Positions 16,703 through 27,514 of a stretch of DNA of 64,000 nt are shown in pieces. Numbering within the stretch: the stretch's first letter is position 1; each line of letters opens with the position of its first letter. Position numbers and translations under genes: made by a program. The notes below the pieces were generated by a model. It worked only from the letters and a program-made list of their open reading frames with translations, had not been told where the DNA came from and searched no databases. The DNA comes from Candidatus Dormiibacterota bacterium. Lineage in GTDB: Bacteria > Chloroflexota > Dormibacteria > Aeolococcales > Aeolococcaceae. The stretch spans positions 289,136-353,135 of the forward strand of contig CAWBSL010000003.1 in assembly GCA_963791435.1 (NCBI GenBank), given 5' to 3'.

Positions 16703-17278
16703 ATGGACGACGAGGCGCTCCTCGAGCGGGCACGCCGCGGTGACCGCGATGCCTTTGCAGCAATTGTCACTCGCCACCAGGATGAGCTCTACACGATGGC
16801 ACTCAGGATTCTCGGGACACCGGCCGACGCCGCTGACGTCGTCCAGGAGACGTTCCTTCGCGCGTACGTCAGGATCCCGGTCCTTCGGGGACAGACCATC
16901 CGGGCGTGGCTCTTCCGGGTCGCGATCAACTGCAGTCATGACGTTCAGCGCCGCTCGATCCGCAAGCCCGCGGATCCGCTCGAGGATTCCGAGGGCAACA
17001 TCGTCGAGCTGCCGGATCCGGCACTCGGTCCCGAGGCGAGCGCCCTGGCGCGGGAGCGCGTTGCCGCGGTCCGTGAAGCGCTGCTCACACTCCATCCGGA
17101 CTTCCGAGCCGTGGTGGTCCTCCGCGACGTCAACGACCTCAGCTACGAGGAGATGTCCACCACGCTCCGCATCCCGATCGGCACCGTGAAGTCTCGGCTC
17201 AACCGCTCCCGATCGATGCTGGCCAAGGCGCTGCGCGGAACCGCTGCGGCTCCGGGTTTTGCGGAGGAGCGCGCATGA
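16703..17278 (+). CDS. ECF-type RNA polymerase sigma factor (sigma-70 regions 2 and 4)
   Basis: MDDEALLERARRGDRDAFAAIV...ETFLRAY (region 2) and VVVLRDVNDLSYEEMSTTLRIPIGTVKSRL (region 4). The ORF-track start 16586 would overlap the tRNA, so the internal ATG is preferred. Confidence 0.8.
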   Translation: MDDEALLERARRGDRDAFAAIVTRHQDELYTMALRILGTPADAADVVQETFLRAYVRIPVLRGQTIRAWLFRVAINCSHDVQRRSIRKPADPLEDSEGNIVELPDPALGPEASALARERVAAVREALLTLHPDFRAVVVLRDVNDLSYEEMSTTLRIPIGTVKSRLNRSRSMLAKALRGTAAAPGFAEERA

Positions 17279-18222
17279 GCCCCCGCCACCTCGACGACCT
17301 CTTTTCCGCCGCCTATGAGAATGAGCTCGGACCGGCGGAGCAGACGCGGTTCGAGACACATATGCAGGCGTGCGAGCCCTGCGCTTCGGCGTTTGAGGAG
17401 TTCAAGGCCGGCATCGCGGCCCTTCGCGAATTGCCGCAGGCGCGGATGCCGCACGCCGTCCATCTCCCGTCGACGCCCCCAGTCGCTGAGCGCGTTTCGC
17501 GACCGACGATCGGCTTGAGCTGGTTCAACCTCGGGTTGCTTCGCCGTTTCCCCGCAACCGCCGTCGCCGGGGCGGTGGCAATCGTTCTCGTCATCGTCGC
17601 CCTCCGCGTCGGCAGCAATGGCACCCTCGGCCCGGCCTCGAATCCCGCCAGCCGCTCTGCCGCCAGCGGGGCAGTGGCGGCCCAGGCCCACGGCACCCCC
17701 ACCACGGCCTCGTGCACTCAGCCAGTGCTCATCACGGGCTCAACGCCACCCATCAACTTTGCGGAGGAGACGCAGGCGGATGACCCCAAAGAGCCGGCCC
17801 TCCGGGTTGTGCTCGCAGCGCCAATGCAGGTCGTCACCGCCGGAGCGACGGTCAGCCTGTATGCGCAGCTCTCGGTACCCGCAACGTCCCTTGCGAACCC
17901 CGCATCGGCGACCTCAACGCCCCCTGCCCGCGCCCTGCTTCCCTGCGTTTCCCTTGCCGTCGGGAGCAGCAGCAGCGAGCCTTTGTTCGCCCTCGCACCA
18001 ACCGGCGGCGCAGGAATCGCCGCTCCGGTGCCCGACTACAATCCCGGGGCTCCGGGAAGCAGCGCATATCAGTCGGCTGCGACAGGTCCCATGTACAGCT
18101 TCAAGGTCCCGACCGGCCTTCCCCCGGGTACCGAGATCCGGATCACAGCCACGGTCCCGGCCGGTTTCGCTGCTTCGGGGAGCCCGCCGCTGACGGCGGA
18201 ATTGACGCTCACCGTCGGCTGA
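17275..18222 (+). CDS. anti-sigma factor, zinc-finger (ZAS-like) N-terminus, single TM, extracytoplasmic C-terminal domain
   Basis: HMQACEPC motif near the N-terminus, TM segment AVAGAVAIVLVIVAL, 4-nt overlap with the sigma factor gene. Confidence 0.65.
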   Translation: MSPRHLDDLFSAAYENELGPAEQTRFETHMQACEPCASAFEEFKAGIAALRELPQARMPHAVHLPSTPPVAERVSRPTIGLSWFNLGLLRRFPATAVAGAVAIVLVIVALRVGSNGTLGPASNPASRSAASGAVAAQAHGTPTTASCTQPVLITGSTPPINFAEETQADDPKEPALRVVLAAPMQVVTAGATVSLYAQLSVPATSLANPASATSTPPARALLPCVSLAVGSSSSEPLFALAPTGGAGIAAPVPDYNPGAPGSSAYQSAATGPMYSFKVPTGLPPGTEIRITATVPAGFAASGSPPLTAELTLTVG

Positions 18223-18273
18223 GCCACTGGACGCGCGGTCAGCCGCGTCCCTCCTTGACTAGACTTTGAGGCG

Positions 18274-19842
18274 ATGCACCGCCGCCTGGTGTGCCTCGTA
18301 GTGGCGCTGCTGGTCTCCGGCTGCAGCTTCGCGGGGCTCGGCCCACCCCCCAACTACGGCTACGTCGTGATCACCGCTGGAGGCGTCGGCCTCCGTTCCG
18401 GCTCCTCCGACGTGCCCCCGAACCTCGATCTCCGGCTCCACGCCACGGGCGCGCCGCTGCAGGCATCGGACGTGACCGCGACCCTGGACGGGAACGCCTT
18501 GACCCTCGCGACCCAGGATCAGGACCTGCTCGCCACGGTCAAGCCCTTGCCACTCTCCTCCGCGCATCGCCTGTCGGTCGCCGTGGCGGGGATGAGCACC
18601 CAGTACATCAAGTTCACGGTCATCCCGCCGACCGCGGCGATGCTCGCGGCACACATCGACCCGGTCAGCGGGCTGGTGGTTGACGCCGTCTTCGACGACG
18701 CACCAGATCAGACTGCCATCGCCGCCGCACTTCCCGGCGCCACGATCACGTGGATCGATGGGATGCATGCCCGGGTGACGTGGCATGGGAGCCCACCTGC
18801 CTCGATCTCGCTGCCGGCGACCATCGGCACCGCCGGCGAGTCTCACCTGGACCCGGGTCTCACGCTCTCGCTGGTCGGCATCGTGAAGCACACGGTTCGC
18901 CGGGTCACCGTGCCCGCAGCACCCAACGTCGCCGGCATCCCGATCGACGCCTTCGTGATCAACACCTCCGCCTCGAACTCGTCGCTGGCCTTCCACCTCG
19001 GCGCCGTGGCCGAGGTGACGCCGACAGGCTGGCAGGCGCAGGCAAACGGCTCGCTCCTGGGCACGCCTGACCAGTCGGCGGTGAATCGCGCCGCCGCCGC
19101 CGGCCTGCCGATCTGGCCCTCGCTCGCCAACGACTCGACCAATCCGAACGCCACCGATCAGCTGCTCAACAACCCGAGCGCGGTCAACACCCTGGTGAAC
19201 GAGATGGTGTCGGCGATCCGCTACGACGGCTACAAGGGCATCAACCTGGACTTCGAGGGAATGCTTGGCACCGACAAGGCTCCCTTCACGGCGTTCGTCC
19301 AGCAACTCGCCACGGCGGTCCACGCGCGCGGTGCCAAGCTGATCGTCGACGTGGTGCCCCACGACTTCGCCGGGGTGAATCCGTACTCCGCCGCCTATGA
19401 CATCGCAGCGATCGGCAAGGTGGCCGACTACGTCGACCTCATGGCCTATGACGAGCACGGCGACGGCGGGACGCCCGGTCCTGTGGCGGGTCTGGACTGG
19501 GACAACGCGGTGCTCCAGGCGACATTGCCCGATCTCAATCCGGCGCACGTCCTCCTGGGCGTTCCCCTGTACGGCCGCGCGTGGGGAACCCTCGGTGGCG
19601 CCGCGGCGTACTCGAACGTCCTGTACAACGCGCTCTCGATTCCCGGTGCTCGGGTCGACTACGACTTCACGACGCAGACCCCGTTCATCGTCTCGCCGAA
19701 CAGCTCCCTGACCACGTACTTCGATGACGCGGACAGCCTGGCGCGAAAGATCGAGCTGGTGAAGACCTACGGTCTGGCGGGCATCGCTGCGTGGCGTCTC
19801 GGCTTCGAGGACCCGGGATTCTGGTCGCTCTTCAAGGCCTGA
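18274..19842 (+). CDS. lipoprotein with C-terminal glycoside hydrolase family 18-like domain
   Basis: Lipobox LLVSGCS; YKGINLDFEGM (DxxDxDxE-like GH18 catalytic motif) and GLAGIAAWRLGFED C-terminus. Confidence 0.6.
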   Translation: MHRRLVCLVVALLVSGCSFAGLGPPPNYGYVVITAGGVGLRSGSSDVPPNLDLRLHATGAPLQASDVTATLDGNALTLATQDQDLLATVKPLPLSSAHRLSVAVAGMSTQYIKFTVIPPTAAMLAAHIDPVSGLVVDAVFDDAPDQTAIAAALPGATITWIDGMHARVTWHGSPPASISLPATIGTAGESHLDPGLTLSLVGIVKHTVRRVTVPAAPNVAGIPIDAFVINTSASNSSLAFHLGAVAEVTPTGWQAQANGSLLGTPDQSAVNRAAAAGLPIWPSLANDSTNPNATDQLLNNPSAVNTLVNEMVSAIRYDGYKGINLDFEGMLGTDKAPFTAFVQQLATAVHARGAKLIVDVVPHDFAGVNPYSAAYDIAAIGKVADYVDLMAYDEHGDGGTPGPVAGLDWDNAVLQATLPDLNPAHVLLGVPLYGRAWGTLGGAAAYSNVLYNALSIPGARVDYDFTTQTPFIVSPNSSLTTYFDDADSLARKIELVKTYGLAGIAAWRLGFEDPGFWSLFKA

Positions 19843-19849
19843 GGTCGGA

Positions 19850-20420
19850 CTAGCTCTCGGAGGCGCCGGTCCCGAGGTCAGGAAGGTTGAGCGTGTTCAC
19901 CCAGTCGCGAATCTTCGCCAGACGCTCCTCACTCTCCGGGTCTGCCTCGCTGAGCTCGCCGTCCTTGTCCGCCTCGGGGAGGACGCCTGCCTTGTCGAGC
20001 ACCTCGTCGGCGACGAAGATGCCCGCCCCCACGCGCACCGCGACCGCGATGGCATCCGAGGGCCGCGAGTTCGATCTCCAGACGGCGACCGTCCACCTGC
20101 GCGAGGATTCGCGCGTAGAAGACCTCATTGCTGAGCGATGTCACCACGATCCGCTCGACGGTCACCTCGACCGCGCTGAGCAGGTTGGCGAGCAGGTCGT
20201 GCGTGATCGGTCGCTCGGGAGTGATCCCGGTGATCTTCAGCGCGATCGCGTTGGCCTCGTTGATGCCGATCCAGATGGGGAGGTAGCGATCCGCCGTCTT
20301 CTCCTTGAGGATGACGACGTGCTGGCCGGTCGGCATGTGCACCCTGATGCTGTCAACGGTCATCTCCACCATGTCGGCCATGGATCGATCATAACCCCGG
20401 ACGTGCGCCACCGAGGACAT
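19850..20420 (-). CDS. bifunctional nuclease (DUF151/BFN) family protein, interrupted by a frameshift near 20080
   Basis: N-terminal part in the 19929..20927 frame (MSSVAHVRG...FYARILAQVDGRRLEI); C-terminal part in the 19850..20128 frame (SNSRPSDAIAVAVRVGAGIFVADEVLDKAGVL). Confidence 0.5.
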
Positions 20421-20448
20421 ACCCGCCACGTCGCTACCATGGTTCGCT

Positions 20449-23197
20449 GTGGCTCGCGAGACCCTGCTGCTGGTGGACGGGCACAACCTCGTGTATCGCG
20501 CCTTCCACGCGATGCCGGCGTTGAGCAACAGCCGTGGCGAGATGACCAACGCCGCGTACGGCTTCACGTCCATGCTCTTCAAGGCGCTCAACGACACGAC
20601 GCCGACGTATGCGATCGCGGCTTTCGACCTCGCTGGACCGACGTTTCGCCACGAGCAAGTCGCCGAGTACAAAGCGCAGCGAGTGCGCGCGCCTGACGAG
20701 CTGCGCGCGCAATTTCCCTGGGCTCGCGAGGTGGTCCTGGCGCTCGGCATCCCGATCGTCGAGGTGCCGAGATACGAAGCCGACGATGTCATCGGCACGC
20801 TCGCGCAGAAGGGTGAGGCCGCGGGGCTCGACGTCATCATCCTGACCGGCGACCTCGACGTGCTCCAACTGGTCACCGAACACATCCGCGTGTTCGCGAG
20901 CCGTCGCGGCATCAGCGACACGATCATCTACGACATCGACAAGGTCCGTGAGCGCTACGGATTCGAACCACCGCTCGTCGTCGATTTCAAGGCGCTGCAA
21001 GGGGATCCCAGCGACAACATCCCCGGCGTTCCCGGGATTGGCGAGAAGACGGCGATGTCGCTCGTGCAGCAGTACGGGCCGCTCGAGAATGTGCTTGACG
21101 CTGTGCCGACGATGCCGCCCGGCCGCGTGCAGCGCGCGCTGGAAAGCCATATGGAGCAGGCGCGGTTGAGCAAGTGGACCGCGACGATCAAGGTCGACCT
21201 CGACATCGACCTGCCGCTGGAAGATGCGCGGCTGTTCCACTACGACGAGAACGAGGTGCGCGAACTGTTCGACCGCCTCGAGTTCCGGAGCCTGTTGCCG
21301 CGGCTGCCTGGCCGCAAGGTGGAAGAGGACGTCGCGCCTGGGCCGATGGTCGGCGAGCCCGCGGCGCCTCCGGGTGAGTTGCAGATACCGGCAACGGAAG
21401 TTGAGATCATCATCGACTCGCGCCAGGCCGACGATGCGATGGAGCGCGTTCGCAATGCCGGTGCGATGTCCATGCGGACGGTTGTCGACGGCAGCCCGCG
21501 AACCGGTGATCTCATCGGTGTCGCGTTCGCTCCGAAAGGTGAGGACACCGCGTACTACATGCCGGTGTGGCATGCCGGAACTCGAGCGCAACGCGGACCC
21601 CGCGGCCGTCGCTGCGCTGGAAGCGCTCCTCGTCGACAGCGCCATTGCAAAGCGCGGCTATGACCTGAAGCGCGAGCTGCTGGCATGGCGGCGGCGCGGC
21701 ATTGCCATCCAGGGCCTGCAGTTCGACGCAATGCTCGCAGCGTACTTGACCAACTCGCGACTCAAGGTCCCCACCCTTCCCGTGCTCGCGCATGACCTTG
21801 CTGCGCTGAGCGTCGAGGCCGAGGAAACGCTGCTCGGGAGCGGGCGCTCGAAACGAGGCATCGCCGACGTCCCCATCGAGGAAGCCGCCGCGTACTTCGG
21901 AGTCTGGGTCGGTCTCATCGATCCAGTTGGTGACGTGCTCGTGCGCGACATGGAGCGAGCCAATGCGACGCGGCTCCACGACACGATGGAACTGCCGCTG
22001 GTGCCGATCCTTGCAGCCATGGAGGTCGAGGGCGTCGCGGTGAACTGCGATCTGCTCGGGACGATCAGCACGGAGATGTTCACGCGGATCGGCGAGATCG
22101 AAGCCGAGGTGCAGGAGGTCGCCGGGTACACGTTCAACCCTGGGAGCACGCAGCAGCTCGGCCGTTTTCTCTACGACGACCTCGGGCTTGCGAGCGGGCG
22201 CAAGACGAAGACCGGTCGGAGCACGGACGCCGACACGCTCGAGGCCCTGCGCGACGAGCATCCCGTGGTCGAGCGCATCCTCGAATGGCGGCAGCTCACC
22301 AAGCTGAAGAGCACCTATGTTGATGCGCTGCCCCTGCTGTGCACCGCAGATTCGCGCGTGCACACCTCGTTCAACCAGGCCGTCGCCACCACGGGCCGTC
22401 TTTCGTCATCGGACCCGAACCTGCAGAACATCCCGGTGCGCACGCAGTGGGGCCAGCGGATCCGTCGCGCGTTCCATGCCGACACCGGCCAGTGCCTCGT
22501 CAGCGCGGACTATTCGCAGGTGGAACTGCGGGTGCTCGCACACGTCACCGGTGAGCAGGAGCTCATCGACGCGTTCCAGCGCGGCGAGGACATTCACCGG
22601 CGCACCGCGGCGGAGGTCTACGGCGTCGCCCCCGAGAACGTGACTCCGGACATGCGGCGCATCGCCAAAGTCGTCAACTTCGGCGTTGTCTATGGGCTCA
22701 GTGACTTCGGGCTCGCTCGCGACACGGGCATGAGCCGCGAGGACGCGCACACCTTCATTGACACCTACTTCCGCAACTTCCCGGCAGTCACGGCGTATCT
22801 GGAGGGCGTGCGCAACCACGCGCGAGAGTACGGGTGGGTGGAGACGTTCATCGGGCGGCGCCGCTATATCGCGGACATCCGCGCGGCCAACCGGCAGCTC
22901 CGCTTTGCCGCGGAGCGCATGGCGGTGAACATGCCAATCCAGGGTGGCGCCGCCGACATCATGAAGCAGGCGATGATCCTCGTCGACGAGGCGCTCCGCG
23001 AATCGGGATTGCGAAGCCGGATCCTCCTCCAGGTGCACGACGAGCTGCTCCTCGAAGCGCCGGTTGGCGAGGTGGACGAGCTCGTGCTTCTGCTGCGTGA
23101 CCGGATGGGCGCCGCCGAGGCACTCAAGGTCCCCCTGGACGTTGACGTCAAGATTGGCGATAACTGGGGGGATATGACGCCCATCACGAGGAACTGA
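20449..23197 (+). CDS. polA: DNA polymerase I (5'-3' exonuclease, 3'-5' exo-like and polymerase domains), single frameshift near 21575
   Basis: N-terminal MARETLLLVDGHNLVYRAF...GDPSDNIPGVPGIGEKTA; the polymerase domain continues in the 21224..23197 frame (…YGLSDFGLAR…QVHDELLLE). The break lies at acatgccggtgtggcatgccggaactc. Confidence 0.8.
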
Positions 23198-23198
23198 G

Positions 23199-24023
23199 GT
23201 GCCGGAGCTACCGGAGGTGGAGACGGTCGCGCGGGATCTTCGGGGTGCGATCACAGGGCGGCGTATCGAGCATGTGACCGTCGACCGGCCGGACGTGGTC
23301 CGCTACCCAGATGGTCGGATGCTTCCGGCGCTGCTCACCGGACAGTCCTTCGAGGCGGTCGAGCGTCGCGGTAAATACCTCCTCCTCGGTCTCGACTCCG
23401 GCGACGAGTTGATGGTGCATCTCGGCATGACCGGGCACCTTCTGGTGACCGATGCGGATGCACCGGTCGCGAAGCACACGCACATCCGCGCTGTGCTGGA
23501 CGACGGGCGCGAGCTTCGCTTCGACGACGCGCGCCGGTTCGGGCGCGTCGCCTACGGGTCGCGCGATGCACTGTCCGAGACGCGAGTGCTGCCACGTCTC
23601 GGGGTCGAGCCGTTGTCCGACGATTTCTCGCAGGAGCGGCTCGACGCGGTGCTGCGCACGACGACGCGGACGGTGAAGGCGGCGCTGCTTGATCAGAAGG
23701 GAGTCGCCGGCCTCGGCAACATCTACATCGACGAGGCGTGCTTCCTCGCGGGAGTCCGTCCGACGCAACGGTGCAATCGGCTCACGCGCAAGCAACGAGC
23801 GGCGCTGCTCGAGGCGATCCGTCACGTGCTCTCCGCGGCAGTTGCCAACCGGGGGAGCAGCGTCGACGATTATCGGGATGTGTGGAACGCCCGCGGCAGC
23901 AACCAGGAGCGCCTCCTGGTGTATGGACGCGGCGGGCAGCCGTGCTTCACCTGCGGGCGGCCTTTGAACCATACGGTCACCGCAGGACGGACCACCGTGT
24001 ACTGCGCGAAATGTCAACGATGA
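23199..24023 (+). CDS. mutM: formamidopyrimidine-DNA glycosylase
   Basis: N-terminal MPELPEVETV (catalytic Pro2/Glu3); C-terminal zinc finger CFTCGRP...CAKCQ. Confidence 0.85.
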   Translation: MPELPEVETVARDLRGAITGRRIEHVTVDRPDVVRYPDGRMLPALLTGQSFEAVERRGKYLLLGLDSGDELMVHLGMTGHLLVTDADAPVAKHTHIRAVLDDGRELRFDDARRFGRVAYGSRDALSETRVLPRLGVEPLSDDFSQERLDAVLRTTTRTVKAALLDQKGVAGLGNIYIDEACFLAGVRPTQRCNRLTRKQRAALLEAIRHVLSAAVANRGSSVDDYRDVWNARGSNQERLLVYGRGGQPCFTCGRPLNHTVTAGRTTVYCAKCQR

Positions 24024-25063
24024 CGCGCGTCACCATCGCCAGTTACGACGACGATCCGCCGCTCGGCGGCCAGGGCGTTGTCGTCCACGGCATGCGGGCA
24101 GCACTGCAGCGGCGCGGCGTGCAGGTCCACACGATCTCCGGACGTGGTGAGCATGCGATCGCGTTCGCGCGTCGCACGGGACGCGCACCGCTCGACTTCT
24201 CGATGCAGCTCAACCGCTACCCGCAGATCCTGCTGCGCGCGGCCCCGGACGTGATCCACGCGCAGGGTGGCCCTGGCGGCGTCCTGCTCTGGAAGAAGCT
24301 CGGCGCACCGCTCGTGTACACGGCGCATCACACCTACCGGCAGGCTCACCGGCGCGGCTCGCTGAAGCGGATGCTCAACGGTGTCGAGGCCCGCTCCTAC
24401 CGCGGCGCGGCAATCGTGCTTCCGGTCTCGCGCTCCACCGCGAACGCGCTCCTCGAAATGCGGATTCCGGCGTCGCGCATCGAGGTCGTGTCGAACGGCG
24501 TCGACGCGGTGGATCTCCCCGGGGTCGAGCACGAGGATGGGCGCGTGCTCTTCGTGAGCCGGATGGAGCGCGAGAAGGGCGCACTCGATGCGATCTCGCT
24601 GCTCCGTGCGCTCACCGAGGCCAGTCCGCAGGTGCAGGGGGTCATGGTCGGGGGCGGCAGCCTCGCTGCGGAAGTCGAGCGGGCTGCCGATGCGAGCGGC
24701 GGGAGAATCGAGTACCTCGGAGCGCTCGATCGCACGGCGTTGAACCGCGAGTACGCTCGTGCGGCGGTCGTGGTGATGCCGTCTCGCTTCGAGGGTCTCG
24801 GCATGGTCGCCCTCGAGGCTCAGGCCGCCGGGACCCCGGTCGCCGGTTTCGACGTCGATGGGCTCCGCGACGCGGTCGGTGTCGGCGGAGTGCTCGCGCC
24901 GGCCGGTGATCTGCCGGCCCTCAGCGCGGCCGTCGAAGGCCTCCTTCAGGACCCCGCACGTCGCAAGGAGTTGGGCGCTCGAGGGCGCCAGGTCGTGCTC
25001 GCGGAGCATTCGTGGGACGCGATTGGCGCGCGTCTCGAGGAGATCTACCGCTCGCTTATCTGA
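24011..25063 (+). CDS. glycosyltransferase family 4 (GT4)
   Basis: C-terminal EGLGMVALEAQAAGTPV (E-x7-E-like GT4 motif); the start overlaps the mutM stop. Confidence 0.65.
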   Translation: MSTMTRVTIASYDDDPPLGGQGVVVHGMRAALQRRGVQVHTISGRGEHAIAFARRTGRAPLDFSMQLNRYPQILLRAAPDVIHAQGGPGGVLLWKKLGAPLVYTAHHTYRQAHRRGSLKRMLNGVEARSYRGAAIVLPVSRSTANALLEMRIPASRIEVVSNGVDAVDLPGVEHEDGRVLFVSRMEREKGALDAISLLRALTEASPQVQGVMVGGGSLAAEVERAADASGGRIEYLGALDRTALNREYARAAVVVMPSRFEGLGMVALEAQAAGTPVAGFDVDGLRDAVGVGGVLAPAGDLPALSAAVEGLLQDPARRKELGARGRQVVLAEHSWDAIGARLEEIYRSLI

Positions 25064-25104
25064 CGCGGATTCGGTGGGAGTCGCGCACGGACTAAACTCG
25101 ATGT

Positions 25105-27139
25105 GTGGCCGCTCTCGAGTTGCTCGCGCCCTTTGCACCTGCCGGTGACCAGCCCGATGCCATCCGCGCGCTCAATCGCGGACTGGTGGAGGGTCAGCGC
25201 GAGCAGATCCTCCTCGGCGTGACCGGGTCCGGCAAGACTTTCACCATCGCCAACGTCATCGCGGAACAACAGCGCCCGACCTTGGTGCTCTCGCCGAACA
25301 AGACGCTTGCTGCGCAACTCTGGGCGGAGTTCCGCGAGTTCTTTCCCAAGAACGCCGTCGAGTATTTCGTCTCGTACTACGACTTCTATCAGCCCGAGGC
25401 CTACATCCCGCGCACCGACACGTACATCGAGAAGGACTCGTCGCGGAACGATGAGATCGACCGGTTGCGCAACAGTGCAACTCGCGCGCTGCTGACACGC
25501 CGCGACGTCGTGGTGGTGGCGTCCATCTCCTGCATCTACGGCATCGGCTCGCCGGAGAACTACCTCGGCGAATCGATCACCGTGAAGAAGGGGGAGTCGT
25601 GGCGGCGCGACATCCTGCTGCGCAAGCTCTCGGACCTCCAGTACGCGCGCAACGACATGGATTTCGGGCGCACGCGGTTCCGGGTCCGCGGTGACGTCGT
25701 GGACGTCCAGCCGGCGTACGAGGAGATCGCGACACGCATCGAGTTCATGGGCGACACCATCGAGTTCGATCAAGGACTTCGACGCGCTGACAGGCGAGAT
25801 CCTGACCATGCGCGACGAGCTGACGGTGTTCCCCGCGACGCACTACGTCACCCCGCAGGAGCAGTTGAACCGTGCGCTCGTCAGCATCGAGGCGGAGCTC
25901 GAGGACCGGGTGAAACTGCTCGAAACGCGCGGGCGGTTGCTCGAGGCGCAACGCCTCCGCCAGCGCACCAACTTCGACATGGAGATGATGCGCGAGACCG
26001 GCACGTGCGCCGGGATCGAGAACTACTCGCGCCACCTGAGCAGCCGTTCGGAAGGCGAGCGTCCGCACTGCCTGCTCGACTTCCTGCCCGACGACGCGCT
26101 GCTCATCGTCGATGAGTCACATGTCGCAGTACCCCAGATCGACGGCATGAACAAGGGGGATCGCGCCCGCAAGATTCCCTTGGTGGAGTATGGGTTTCGG
26201 CTGCCGTCGGCGCTCGACAACCGGCCGCTCACGTTCGCGGAATGGGACTCGATGATCGGCCAGATCATCTACGTCAGCGCGACACCGGGCCCGTACGAGC
26301 AGGAGCACGCCACCCAGGTCGTGGAGCAGATCATCCGGCCGACCGGACTCGTCGATCCCACCATCGAGGTGAAGGCGTCACACGGGCAGATCGACGACCT
26401 CATCGCCCAGCTGCACAAGCGCATCGAGCGTCATGAGCGCTGTCTCATCACGACGCTGACCAAGAAGATGGCCGAGGACCTCACCGACTATCTGCGCGAG
26501 GCAGGCATCAAGGTTCGTTACCTGCACAGCGATATCGACACGCTCGAGCGAGTCGAGATCATCCGCGACCTCCGCCTCGGAGTCTTCGATGTGCTGGTGG
26601 GAATCAACCTGCTCCGTGAAGGCCTCGACCTTCCCGAGGTGTCGTTCATCGGCATCCTCGACGCCGACAAAGAGGGGTACCTTCGCGGCTACCGCTCCCT
26701 GATTCAGACCGTCGGGCGCGCCGCTCGCAACCTGTTCGGGCACGTCGTGATGTACGCGGACCGAACGTCGGACGCGATGGAGAAGACGATCGCCGAGACC
26801 GACCGCCGGCGCGCGATCCAGGTGGCATACAACGTCGAGCACGACATCACGCCGCTCTCGATCGTCAAGGCCGTGTACCAGATGGAATCGCATCGCGACC
26901 AGCAGTCGCTCCGCGCGGCGGCGTTCCAGGAGGCGTCCGGCCTGCCGCCGGACGAGGTGCTGCGCCTTGCGAAGGACGTGGAGAAGGAGATGCTCCGCGC
27001 CGCGCGGGACCTCGAATTCGAGCGCGCGGCTGAGCTGCGCGACCGCCTGGTGGAACTGCGCCGCCGCATGGAGGGCGTGGAGGAGCCGGAGCCGCAGCAG
27101 ACCCATCGCGGCAGGGGGCGGCCGGTCCACTCGCGTTAG
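25105..27139 (+). CDS. uvrB: excinuclease ABC subunit B, frameshift near 25768 (extra T in gagttcg)
   Basis: Walker [10 protein letters not shown]; helicase motifs; C-terminal UVR domain [15 protein letters not shown]; N- and C-terminal parts are in the 25105 and 25691 frames. Confidence 0.8.
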
Positions 27140-27514
27140 CTCCGATGCACCCGTGCCAAGGCGGTCGTTTGGTCGGGTGTATGGTGGTCGGGCGAGGTTA
27201 TTGCCTGGTGAAATCCGAACGAACGGGGTGGTTGAACTCGGCTGGGAACGTCTCAGCCCTTCTTCTCCGTGGCAGACCAGAGCCCGAGCCGGGAGTCGTG
27301 GTCGCTGGGTGGCCTCGCCGCGGGTGCGATTCCCGAAGCCGTCCGCTCCAGTCACGGGTACCAGGCACAACTGCCTTCTGACGCTCACGACGTGCCGCGA
27401 GAGGCGCGCCCCGGAGACTTCTTTCGCACTTGAGGGTCCGGACGCGGGCAGAACGGAACGACCAGCGATGAGGGCTTGACGGGGCGTACATCTGTTCGGT
27501 AGGATGCGTCGCCC

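Noticed and set aside
18259-19548. 429-aa minus-strand ORF opposite the GH18 lipoprotein gene
   Set aside because: Antisense artefact (Arg/Gly/His-rich) with no domain; the plus-strand gene has signal peptide, lipobox and GH18 motif.
20434-23254. Minus-strand ORFs 20434..21645, 21512..22363 and 22406..23254 opposite polA
   Set aside because: Antisense to a strongly conserved gene, with low-complexity composition.
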